Shown here: positions 54,213-64,000 of the stretch, piece by piece
Layout: every line of letters starts with the position of its first letter
How positions within the stretch are numbered: the stretch's first letter is position 1
Program-made: the position numbers and the translations under genes
Source: Ylistrum balloti
Lineage: Eukaryota
Direction: 5' to 3'
Assembly: GCF_031769215.1 (NCBI RefSeq)
Contig: NW_026782308.1
Coordinates: forward strand, 372,001 to 436,000
Length of the DNA: 64,000 bases
The notes under the pieces: model-generated
Seen by the model: the letters and a program-made list of their open reading frames with translations, nothing else
The model's database searches: none
What the model was told of the DNA's origin: nothing

Positions 54213-55850
54213 GACAAAATACACAATGTTATCCTTAACACCGGAGGACAAAATACACAATATTATCCTTAACACCGGAGGACAAAATACCCAGTATTAT
54301 CCTTAACACCGGAGGACAAAATACACAATATTTTCCTTAACATTGGACGACAAAATACACAATATTATCCTTAACACCGGAGGACAAAATACACAATATT
54401 ATCCTTAACACCGGAGGACAAATTACACAATATTATCCTTACACCAGAGGACAAAATACACAATGTTATCCTTAACACCGGAGGACAAAATACACAATGT
54501 TATCCTTAACACCGGAGGACAAAATACACAATGTTATCCTTAACACCGGAGGACAAAATACACAATGTTATCCTTAACACCGGAGGACAAAATACACAAT
54601 GTTATCCTTAACACCGGAGGACAAAATACACAATATTATCCTTAACACCGGAGGACAAAATACACAATATTATCCTTAACACCGGAGGACAAAATACACA
54701 ATGTTATCCTTAACACCGGAGGACAAAATACACAATGTTATCCTTAACACCGGAGGACAAAATACACAATGTTATCCTTAACACCGGAGGACAAAATACA
54801 CAATGTTATCCTTAACACCGGAGGACAAAATACACAATGTTATCCTTAACACCGGAGGACAAAATACACAATATTATCCTTAACACCGGAGGACAAAATA
54901 CACAATGTTATCCTTAACACCGGAGGACAAAATACACAATGTTATCCTTAACACCGGAGGACAAAATTCACAATGTTATCCTTAACACCGGAGGACAAAA
55001 TACACAATGTTATCCTTAACACCGGAGGACAAAATACACAATATTATCCTTAACACCGGAGGACAAAATACACAATATTATCCTTAACACCGGAGGACAA
55101 AATACACAATATTATCCTTAACACCGGAGGACAAAATACACAATATTATCCTTACACCGGAGGACAAAATACACAATATTATCCTTAACACCGGAGGACA
55201 AAATACACAATATTATCCTTAACACCGGAGGACAAAATACACAATATTATCCTTACACCGGAGGACAAAATACACAATATTATCCTTAACACCGGAGGAC
55301 AAAATACACAATATTATCCTTAACATTGGACGACAAAATACACAATGTTATCCTTAACATTGGACGACAAAATACACAATGTTATCCTTAACATTGGACG
55401 ACAAAATACACAATGTTATCCTTAACATTGGACGACAAAATACACAATATTATCCTTAACACCGGAGGACAAAATACACAATATTATCCATAACACCGGA
55501 GGACAAAATACACAATATTATCTTTAACACCGGAGGACAAAATACACAATATTATCCTTAACATTGGACGACAAAATACACAATGTTATCCTTAACATTG
55601 GACGACAAAATACACAATGTTATCCTTAACATTGGACGACAAAATACACAATGTTATCCTTAACATTGGACGACAAAATACACAATGTTATCCTTAACAT
55701 TGGACGACAAAATACACAATGTTATCCTTAACACCGGAGGACAAAATTCACAATGTTATCCTTAACATTGGACGACAAAATACACAATGTTATCCTTAAC
55801 ATTGGACGACAAAATACACAATATTATCCTTAACACTTGGTCACAAAATA
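54213..55850. repeat. 34-bp minisatellite, ~48 copies
   Basis: Unit ggacaaaatacacaat(g/a)ttatccttaacaccgga; the variant attggacgac clusters at the right end. Confidence 0.98.
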
Positions 55851-57846
55851 AACAATATTATCATTTACACCGAAAAGACAATCTATACAATTATTACCGA
55901 AAAAACTGCGATCAATAAATCTTTTGGTATTTTTTCAGAATATTTTAGAATTGCATTTTTTATTACTGATAACCTGTCGAAGTGTTTTATGTATAGCCCA
56001 CCAATAGTGTTATAGATAATTTAAAGACAAACTCATCCAATATTATGACGTAATATATTTTGCAGTAGAGAAGCATCTTTCTCACAAAAGGTAATTATTC
56101 TAGACTGGATTCTTCTGTTGATTGTAATTGTGTAGCACGATCTTAACAAAATGGAGGGGAAAATCATTTTAAAAACTTTTTGGAAAAACGGCTCATCCCC
56201 GATAATCAAGTGAAGCATAGTATCTTTTAAAGTGTTTACAGTTTTCACCGACAAATAAATTCATTCTGATATCAAATTGAAAATATTAACATTTTATGAA
56301 CAAAATAAACGGATTGATATGTGGACAAAATAAATTCAAAGTATTTATACTTTAGAACAAAATACATTGTCGCGTCAATTTATGACGAAATACATCAAAG
56401 CGATAATACTTTAGGAAAAATATACTAACGATTAAATATGTAAACAAAATTAAGTGGTGACACTGATTATCAACATATATACCAAACATATCGTAGTATC
56501 ACTATATAGACAAAAATATCTCAATACTACAGGAAAAATAGATTTCATATTACCACACAGGCAAGAACTCAATATACTCCATCAAAAAAGCCAGTGATCC
56601 AGAATCATAAAGAAGACAGACGAAGATTTATCAAAACCAAAAAGGAACACAATATGAACTTCCATCAAACGTGATGAGTTTTTTTTACGAAGCTATACCA
56701 GATCGTCCACAACAGAAGACGACAGTAAGAATAAACCACATCCAAAGGAAGGAAAAACAAATTGAACCTCATTCAAAAGATCGATTTCATAGCGTCATGG
56801 TGTTTCTTCAGATTTACAAATTCAGCTAGTCAACATTGTCAATTAGGTTTATTTGATTAACTGGTGATAGTGTCAAGTATATTTCTTAAAAATGATAATC
56901 GAGACAATGTTTAACAGATATTTAAAAAAAATCTGAGAGAAATCTGATAGTTACTTAGTTTTATAATTTAGAATACGATTTCCTAAAACACATGGTAGTA
57001 ACATCGAGTAAGTGTAGAAATACTTAAATGTTTCTAACTTACCTGTGTAGGTTATATATGTGATTCCTTTTCGTATGTAGGTGAGAAGGTGATGTATACC
57101 TGGACAAAGACTCAGGTAGATATACCGGCACTCGTCTGTCTCATAGATATATGTACAAACATAGGAGGTAAGTAAATACAAACAGATCAAAAACACGATC
57201 TCCGCGACACACAAGCCGTCTAACAATGCCTATAACAGTTGTCCTTGTCGATGCAATGCCTTGAGATTTTAGTGCCTCTTCTAAGGTATCGCGCCATTAA
57301 TTTGTAGCATAGTTAGTCTCGCTCTCGGGAAGGGAAACACAAACCGATATCATTGTTCATTTCCTGTTCAATTCACAACATAAAAATGTGTTGATTCGAA
57401 ATTACCACAATTGATTAAGTGTAATTAAATGACGCGTTCGGTGTGAGGTAGGTATAAGTCTCAATATGTTGACAAGCTGCAGCAGCTTGGGGTTTCTCAC
57501 GGGTTGGTTATTAATATTGGGTGTTATAGATCTATAACATTATCTTGTTACAGTGTTAAACTGCCTAATGATGCGTCATACCAATCACTCCCCAGCAATT
57601 TATTCTAGCGTGCGTACTTATTACAAACAACTCGCTCCACTGCTCCCACCAACAGCCATATCTACCGAAAATCTCGCTTAATGAGTTCTTTTTAAAGTCT
57701 GATCTAAATTTAATGCGCATGTTTTAATGGGCTGGTTATTTTATGTAAACTTTTCAATAAAACTGTTTTTTTTAATTCAAAAGAAATAGCACTATGCATA
57801 CAGGCCATTATAGCATAGCCATGTTAAAGCCCCGTTATAGATTGTT

Positions 57847-57991
57847 TTAAATATTCCCGCGTTTCGGTAGTATAGCGGGAATAGTTCGTCTTCTCAGGCA
57901 CGTAGAGCACGTGCGTATGCCCAGGTAAGGGTGGGTGCGCGGGTGAATAGTCATTCTCTAGCTCTCCGTCTAGCAGTGCAGTCCAGTTAAT
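57847..57991 (+). repeat. Split direct repeat A1
   Basis: Identical to 62425-62569. Confidence 0.95.
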
Positions 57992-58026
57992 GTCTCTATC
58001 ATATATATAGTATCATAGTTTCTACC

Positions 58027-61000
58027 ATGCAGAACGATTCATTATGCACACTGTCGGACCAGATACAGGCTGCGGTTGGAAAGTCACAAAACGAAATACT
58101 CGGGCATTTGGATACATTAATTTCACAAAAGTTGAGCTCGTTTGAGAGAAAAATGTGTGAAAATTCTGAGGCATCTTTAAACAAGATACAAGAAACAATT
58201 CAGTGTACGGATACCTACAAATTCAAAAAGAGAAGTTGCGAGGAACAGTACAAGTTCAATACCAAAGTGCGCGGGAAATTATTGGACGCCGCGCAGGCCG
58301 TCAGTACGGACATGGACACCGCCAGGCTTAAGATACAGGAGGGTATGTCGCTTATAGACTATCGCAACAAGCTAATTAAGTTGGCGGACAGTTCTGAAGC
58401 AGGCTGGAAAACCGTCGATGAGTATGTAGCAAATCCTATAGCGTCGGACTCCGACGATGAAAGGAAAATCGACAGGGCCAGCTCCAAGGCAGTTAAAAAG
58501 GCAAAGGCGGAAAAGTTAAAGTCCAGCAGGGGAAGACAGCGTTTCAACCCTTATCAAAGAGAGACTTTTGTGTCCAGGAGCCAGACAAACGCCGCTACTA
58601 CGACCGACAGAACAGGTCCTTTCCCACGGGGCGGGACCAAGCCCGGTACATGCTTTGGGTGTGGAAAGGCCGGACATTGGCGACAAGAGTGTCCGGAAAT
58701 CAAAGGAGTCGCCTCGGCTGTATCCGGATATAAGATAAGTGGTTCTTTATTTGATATGCATGAAAAAGTATCGGCGAAGCAGGACGCAGGTAAGGTAGGG
58801 GCGACACAGGACGCTCCACGTGTCACATGTGATACTTCGCCAGTGGGGCGCTTGAAGGGTAAGAGCCAGTATTGGGCAGACCAAGGTACCATTGAAGTAG
58901 TACAATCTATCATCGAGAGAGGTTATAAAATTCCTTTTCACGAAATTCCACCAAGGGTGTCTTTGTCAAATAACAAAACCGCAAAAGATAACCCCGATTT
59001 TGTCGTGGGGGAGATAACTAAGCTTTTACGGTTAGGTTGTGTGTCGGAAGTTTCGTCAGAGCCCGCGGTCATAAATCCGCTCACTGTAGCTTTCAATCAA
59101 TCAGGTAAGCCCCGCCTAGTTTTGGATTGCAGGCACATAAACCCTTTTTTGCATAAATTCAAGTTTAAATACGACGATGCAAGGGTAGCACGGGATGTTT
59201 TCCAGCCAGGAGATTTTTTGTTCACTTTTGATTTGAAGTCTGCTTACCACCATATCGAAATTTTTGAAGAGCACAGGCAATTTCTCGGTTTTGAGTTTGA
59301 AGTGGAAGGCAAAACACGCCAGTTTGTTTTCAATGTGTTACCGTTTGGTATCTCTACTGCTGGTTACGTGTTTACCAAGGTTCTAAGGGAGGTGGTCAAA
59401 TCTATCCGTTTATTAGGTCACAAATTGGTCATGTATTTGGACGACGGTATTGGAGGTCACGAGACAGAGGGCGGGGCTAACGAGTCCAGTAGGTATGTCA
59501 GACAGGCATTGATCGATTACGGTTTTCTCATAGCCGAGGAGAAGTCCAATTGGGTAGCTTCCCAGCATGTCACGTGGTTAGGTTACACGTGGTCGACGGG
59601 AGAAGGCGTGGTCAGGGTCACGTCGGGTCGTGTCGAGCGGCTTTTGTATTGGCTGACCAATACGATGACACATGTCAAACAGAAAGACCTGCCTTTGCTC
59701 TCGGCCAGGTACATAGCGGGCATAGTAGGTCAGGTCATATCAATGCAAGGTGTTGTCGGTCACGTGGCTAGACTACGTACACGGGAGTTGTACAGGTGTG
59801 TATTGGCTAGAGCCAGTTGGAATGCGCGTGTTTTGCTCACGTCGGGAGCTCTAGACGAGATCCAATTTTGGTTGTCTAACGTAAAGGCACTGAACGATAA
59901 GGGTTCACAGTTAAAGCAACACCTAGTCTGTGACGCCATACTTTGTACTGATGCATCCGGTGAGGGATACGGGGGTTATGTTCAATATGTGGACACATCA
60001 GGCAGGTGTGAGCATGTTGGAGTGACGCAAGGTGTCAACGGGTGCACATACATACACGATACAAACAGTATCGAGACAGGTGCAAGCAAATGTTACCAAG
60101 GTGTAATCCCCCAGGGGGACTTTGTAACGGTACATGATACAGATGTTTTTCAACACCCCCAGGGGGCTTGTGAGGTCCGACCCCGGATATATTTAGGCCA
60201 TGATCATGATGGAACAAAATGGGGTCAAACGTTCGAGTTTCTTGGTCAATGCAACAGCACCCAGGGTGTTAGGGGGTCTCCGAGACCCGGGTTTTGCTAC
60301 GGTAGCAGTATTAGTCCCACGGGAGGACTAGTAGGTGGCCCAGTGAGAGACGTGATTGGTCTGCAGGGCAGCGAGGTAAGCGTTTTGGATCGCTCTCTTC
60401 CTACAGTAAGGGATCTTTACCACATGGATAAACATGTCGCCTTGGGAACATGGGATGAACGGGAGAAAAGGTATAGCTCAACTTGGAGAGAGTTAGAAGC
60501 AGTCAAAAGGGTGTTGTTGGCTAAGGTCGATATGGTCAAAGGTAAGCAGGTAAAACTGTTAACAGATAACAGAAACGTTTGTTCCATAGTGAAAACTGGT
60601 AGCAGGAAGCCAGACCTACAGAGGGTCGCACGTGAGATTAACGAGGTGTTGGATTATAATAACACGGGCGTTAGTACACAGTGGCTACCAAGGATTAGTA
60701 ACAGTACCGCCGATTACTTGAGTAGATGTAAAGACTGTGACGATTGGTCGGTGCAGTCATGGGTTTTTGAGGAGTGTCAGTTATTATGGGGTCCACATCA
60801 AATCGACCGGTTCGCGACAGATTATAACAGCAAATGTGTGCGTTTTAATTCCAAGTGGTGGTGCCCGGGTACAGAGGCAGTCGATGCTTTCACGGTAAGA
60901 TGGCAGGGAGTCAACAACTGGTTAGTACCTCCCCCTAGACTCGTTTGCGGTGTGGTTAGCAAAATGAGGGACGAAGGAGCTTATGGGACCATAATTGTCC

Positions 61001-61191
61001 CCCATTGGAGGAGCGCGGCATACTGGCACTTATTGTGTCCTAAGGATGGGGCTTTCGATTCTTTCATAGTAGATTATCGTATACTGCCCAGTAGAAAAGT
61101 CACACTGAGGGGGAGGGGGACCAATGGATGTTTCGGAGCCAGTATTTTGGGTTTCGACATGTTGGCCCTCCGGTTAGACTTTAGACATTGA
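58027..61191 (+). CDS. DIRS-type Gag-RT-RNase H-methyltransferase-like polyprotein, 1054 aa
   Basis: Gag with KLIKLADSSEAGWKTVDEY and CCHC knuckle CFGCGKAGHWRQEC (58651). RT motifs FDLKSAYHH, LPFG and YLDD (59434). RNase H motifs TDAS, REL, TDN and ADYLSR. MT-like domain DRFA...RFNS...DAFT...WLVPP...IVPHW. Confidence 0.95.
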   Translation: MQNDSLCTLSDQIQAAVGKSQNEILGHLDTLISQKLSSFERKMCENSEASLNKIQETIQCTDTYKFKKRSCEEQYKFNTKVRGKLLDAAQAVSTDMDTARLKIQEGMSLIDYRNKLIKLADSSEAGWKTVDEYVANPIASDSDDERKIDRASSKAVKKAKAEKLKSSRGRQRFNPYQRETFVSRSQTNAATTTDRTGPFPRGGTKPGTCFGCGKAGHWRQECPEIKGVASAVSGYKISGSLFDMHEKVSAKQDAGKVGATQDAPRVTCDTSPVGRLKGKSQYWADQGTIEVVQSIIERGYKIPFHEIPPRVSLSNNKTAKDNPDFVVGEITKLLRLGCVSEVSSEPAVINPLTVAFNQSGKPRLVLDCRHINPFLHKFKFKYDDARVARDVFQPGDFLFTFDLKSAYHHIEIFEEHRQFLGFEFEVEGKTRQFVFNVLPFGISTAGYVFTKVLREVVKSIRLLGHKLVMYLDDGIGGHETEGGANESSRYVRQALIDYGFLIAEEKSNWVASQHVTWLGYTWSTGEGVVRVTSGRVERLLYWLTNTMTHVKQKDLPLLSARYIAGIVGQVISMQGVVGHVARLRTRELYRCVLARASWNARVLLTSGALDEIQFWLSNVKALNDKGSQLKQHLVCDAILCTDASGEGYGGYVQYVDTSGRCEHVGVTQGVNGCTYIHDTNSIETGASKCYQGVIPQGDFVTVHDTDVFQHPQGACEVRPRIYLGHDHDGTKWGQTFEFLGQCNSTQGVRGSPRPGFCYGSSISPTGGLVGGPVRDVIGLQGSEVSVLDRSLPTVRDLYHMDKHVALGTWDEREKRYSSTWRELEAVKRVLLAKVDMVKGKQVKLLTDNRNVCSIVKTGSRKPDLQRVAREINEVLDYNNTGVSTQWLPRISNSTADYLSRCKDCDDWSVQSWVFEECQLLWGPHQIDRFATDYNSKCVRFNSKWWCPGTEAVDAFTVRWQGVNNWLVPPPRLVCGVVSKMRDEGAYGTIIVPHWRSAAYWHLLCPKDGAFDSFIVDYRILPSRKVTLRGRGTNGCFGASILGFDMLALRLDFRH

Positions 61192-62261
61192 AAACTTACA
61201 CATGTTCATACCATACTGAGCATTGTTTTACTGTGTTTATTGTTACAGGCATAGGACTGAGGAAGTCGATCAGCGATGCCGTCAAAGCTTCTGGGGTAAC
61301 GGAGGGTTCCGATCTGCACGCTCTGACCGAGGGTATGGCTGGCAGACTTTTACTAAGCAGGAGTGTCAACACAGGCACCAAGTACTATGGAGCTTTCGCG
61401 AAATGGGAACATTTCATTTCCGGACATGGTTTTTCGTCTATCCCGGCAAATCCCATACACGTGGCATTATATTTAAATTCTTTATTGGAAAAGGGAGGGA
61501 CTTACGCAGTGGTGTCGTCTGCAGTATATGCTATCAAATGGGTGCACAATCTTAACGGACACATCGACCCTACAACAAACTCATTCGTACAGAACTTAAT
61601 TGAATTTTCCAAACGAGAGGCTAAAAATCCTGTTTGCAAAAAGGAACCGGTCACGACTGACATTTTGATCAATTTGTGTGGAATGTTTTTGAATGAGAAT
61701 GACTTGTTGGTAGTGAGAGATCTTGCCATGATTTTGTTAGGGTTTTCCGGTTTTTTACGTTTTAACGAGCTCAGTAGTTTGCGTTGCTCTGATGTTCAGT
61801 TTTTCGAGGGGCATTTAACGCTCAATATCAGGAAAAGTAAAACAGACAAATATCGCTTTGGTAGTCAAGTGGTCATCAGTAAAGGTTCGACTGTAGCTTG
61901 TCCGTACACCATGTTATCAAGGTATGTTGAGTTATCAAAAATTGACTTAAGTTCGGATCATTTTTTGTTTAAGCAAGTTTATCGTTCCGGTCAGGGTTGT
62001 AAGCTTATTAACAAAAATAAGCCACTTAGTTACACAGGGGCTAGGCAAGCTGTCATGAAAAGGTTGAAACTAGTTTCCAATGATACAAATTTTGGTTTAC
62101 ACTCGCTCAGAGCAGGGGGCGCCACAGTGGCCGCCAACAACGGAGTGAACGATCGATGTTTCAGGAGGCATGGCCGCTGGAAAGGCGAATCTAGCAAGGA
62201 TGGTTATGTCGCTGACTCTTTGGAGTCTCGTTTACTGGTAACACAGAAGTTAGGTTTGTAA
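61188..62261 (+). CDS. Tyrosine recombinase of the DIRS element (listed start is TTG; first in-frame ATG at 61335; probable splice acceptor at 61248/61249)
   Basis: Complete catalytic set: GFLRFNEL (R), RKSKTD (K), HSLRAGGA (HxxR), HGRW, DGY (Y). N-terminal SRS..T..KY...F.KW is typical of DIRS recombinases. Confidence 0.95.
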   Translation: MKTYTCSYHTEHCFTVFIVTGIGLRKSISDAVKASGVTEGSDLHALTEGMAGRLLLSRSVNTGTKYYGAFAKWEHFISGHGFSSIPANPIHVALYLNSLLEKGGTYAVVSSAVYAIKWVHNLNGHIDPTTNSFVQNLIEFSKREAKNPVCKKEPVTTDILINLCGMFLNENDLLVVRDLAMILLGFSGFLRFNELSSLRCSDVQFFEGHLTLNIRKSKTDKYRFGSQVVISKGSTVACPYTMLSRYVELSKIDLSSDHFLFKQVYRSGQGCKLINKNKPLSYTGARQAVMKRLKLVSNDTNFGLHSLRAGGATVAANNGVNDRCFRRHGRWKGESSKDGYVADSLESRLLVTQKLGL

Positions 62262-62344
62262 TTAATATGGTTATTTGATCAATTATTCAAAGGCGGTTAG
62301 GTATTCCCCAACCACAACCCCCTTGCCCTTTCTTTGTTAATTCT

Positions 62345-62569
62345 CTAATTCGTGACGGGCTAGTACGGCAAATGAGTATTTGCGGGTTTGAGTTTTCTTT
62401 TCGGGCACGAAGTGGAGAGAAGACTTAAATATTCCCGCGTTTCGGTAGTATAGCGGGAATAGTTCGTCTTCTCAGGCACGTAGAGCACGTGCGTATGCCC
62501 AGGTAAGGGTGGGTGCGCGGGTGAATAGTCATTCTCTAGCTCTCCGTCTAGCAGTGCAGTCCAGTTAAT
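62345..62569 (+). repeat. Internal B1-A2 junction (copy of the circle junction)
   Basis: B1 (...gagaagac) abuts A2 (ttaaatattccc...). Confidence 0.93.
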
Positions 62570-63026
62570 TTAGTTAGTTAGTGTGCCTATCAGTATTATT
62601 ATATGTAGTTGGTTTGCTCCGTTTTCTAGTCTTGCTATTTTATGCTTGCATTCCTGGCGAGGAAATCTGGAAGTCTGGGTATGCTTAGTGGGAGTGTGAT
62701 TGGCTGATATTGTGTTAGTGGCGCTCCGGTAGAACGATTGTTTTTATTATTTTTTTTTTCGACACCGGTCCTTGTGTCGGCCCGGAGAACGTATTGCAAT
62801 TGGAGGTAATCGATTCCAGCCCCGTTGGACACAGGTTTCCGGGGATTATCTCCGGTTTTTCCTGGGCGCGCGATACATTCTGTGATGGGAGGTGAGTATG
62901 GAGTGTCTAGGACGCTCTCGTGGGTGAGGAGTGTGTGCGTTAGGGACGTTTGCGTCACGTCTGTCGGAGTGAGATTCGTACGTACAATGTATTTTCTACA
63001 CCATGTATTATTAAACGCCTACTGCA

Positions 63027-63107
63027 CTAATTCGTGACGGGCTAGTACGGCAAATGAGTATTTGCGGGTTTGAGTTTTCTTTTCGGGCACGAAGTGGAGA
63101 GAAGACT
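63027..63107 (+). repeat. Split direct repeat B2
   Basis: Identical to 62345-62425. Confidence 0.95.
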
Positions 63108-64000
63108 GTGAAGGTCTATGGATGGTGAAGGGAGAGACAAATCTCATCACACATTCGGGACGTGGTGTGTACTACATTATTTTGGTCTATGGGTGATGAA
63201 GGGAGAGACAAATCTCACCACACATTCGGGACGTGGTGAGAATATTGTGAAGGTCTATGGATGGTGAAGGGAGAGACAAATCTCATCACACATTCGGGAC
63301 GTGGTGTGTACTACATTATTTAGGTCTATGGGTGGTGAAGGGAGAGACAAATCTCACCACACATTCGGGACGTGGTGTGTACAACATTATGAAGGTCTTG
63401 GGTGGGACAAATCTCACCACACATGGTGAATAGAAGGAGATGGTGAAGGGAGAACAAATCTCATCACACATTCGGGACGTGGTGTGTACTACATTATTTA
63501 GGTGTGTATCGGGACGTGGTGTGAACATTATGGATGGTAACGTGGTGTGTCTATGGGTGGTGAAGGGAGAGACAAATCTCACCACACATTCGGGACGTGG
63601 TGAGAATATTGTGAAGGTCTATGGATGGTGAAGGGAGAGACAAATCTCATCACACATTCGGGACGTGGTGTGTACAACATTATTTAGGTCTATGGGTGGT
63701 GAAGGGAGAGACAAATCTCACCACACATTCGGGACGGGGTGTGTACAACATTATGTACGTCTATGGGTGTTGAAGGTAGAGACAAAACTCATCACACATT
63801 CTGGACGTGGTGTGAATATTGTGACTTTGGATGGTGTGTACGTGGTGTGTACTACATTATTTGAAGGAAGAGGTCTATGGGTGGTGAAGGGAGAGACAAA
63901 TCTCATCACACATTCGGGACGTGGTGTGAATATTGTGAAGGTCTATGGATGGTGAAGGGAGAGACAAATCTCATCACACATTCAGGTCGTGGTGTGAGTA
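63108..64000. repeat. Degenerate ~70-bp tandem array (71+68 = 139-bp dimer), runs off the window
   Basis: gagagacaaatctca(t/c)cacacattcgggacgtggtg at 63132, 63203, 63271, 63342 and onward. Confidence 0.93.

Larger units (their letters stand above)
57847..63107 (+). mobile_element. Full-length tyrosine-recombinase retrotransposon (DIRS order, PAT-like split direct repeats A1-ORFs-B1A2-B2), 5261 bp
   Basis: A1 57847-57991 = A2 62425-62569 (145 bp); B1 62345-62425 = B2 63027-63107 (81 bp); both pairs read as identical. Intact Gag/RT/RH/MT and YR ORFs; no TSD. Confidence 0.95.

Noticed and set aside
31484-55850. 30-50-bp repeat arrays as CRISPR arrays
   Set aside because: Units are head-to-tail with no unique spacers, there are no cas genes, and the context is eukaryotic.
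61188-62261. Recombinase as a phage integrase or bacterial contamination
   Set aside because: It is embedded with Gag/RT/RH between split direct repeats, the standard DIRS-order arrangement.
62635-63037. 107-aa (minus) and 70-aa (plus) ORFs in the DIRS 3' spacer
   Set aside because: No recognisable motif; not an Ngaro-type hydrolase as far as I can see; includes a T homopolymer.
63316-63955. ORFs of 63-96 aa at the right end
   Set aside because: Translations of the 70-bp tandem array.

Overview
AT-rich, intron-containing animal genomic DNA; the repeat families suggest a bivalve mollusc, probably oyster-like (inference). Four protein-coding genes can be assembled from splice signals: SUDS3 (minus, 3' part outside the window), head-to-head with a complete DERL2 (plus, 6 exons, one U12-type minor intron); a complete UBE2L3 (minus, 4 exons, 154 aa); and a BTB-BACK-PHR protein (minus, 3 exons, 446 aa). 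Between and inside them are nested mobile elements: a decayed CR1 LINE split by a 157-bp MITE, Helentron/Pearl-like elements, several Penelope-like RT remnants (one split by a 975-bp solo LTR) and a probable Gypsy pol remnant. There are also about nine unrelated minisatellite arrays and no CRISPR. The most notable object is an apparently intact, very young 5.26-kb tyrosine-recombinase retrotransposon (DIRS order, PAT-like split direct repeats, 57847-63107). It has a fused Gag-RT-RNaseH-MT ORF, a ~140-aa insertion inside RNase H, and a strong in-frame donor/acceptor pair that would splice Gag directly onto the recombinase. All calls were made by eye, without database searches.
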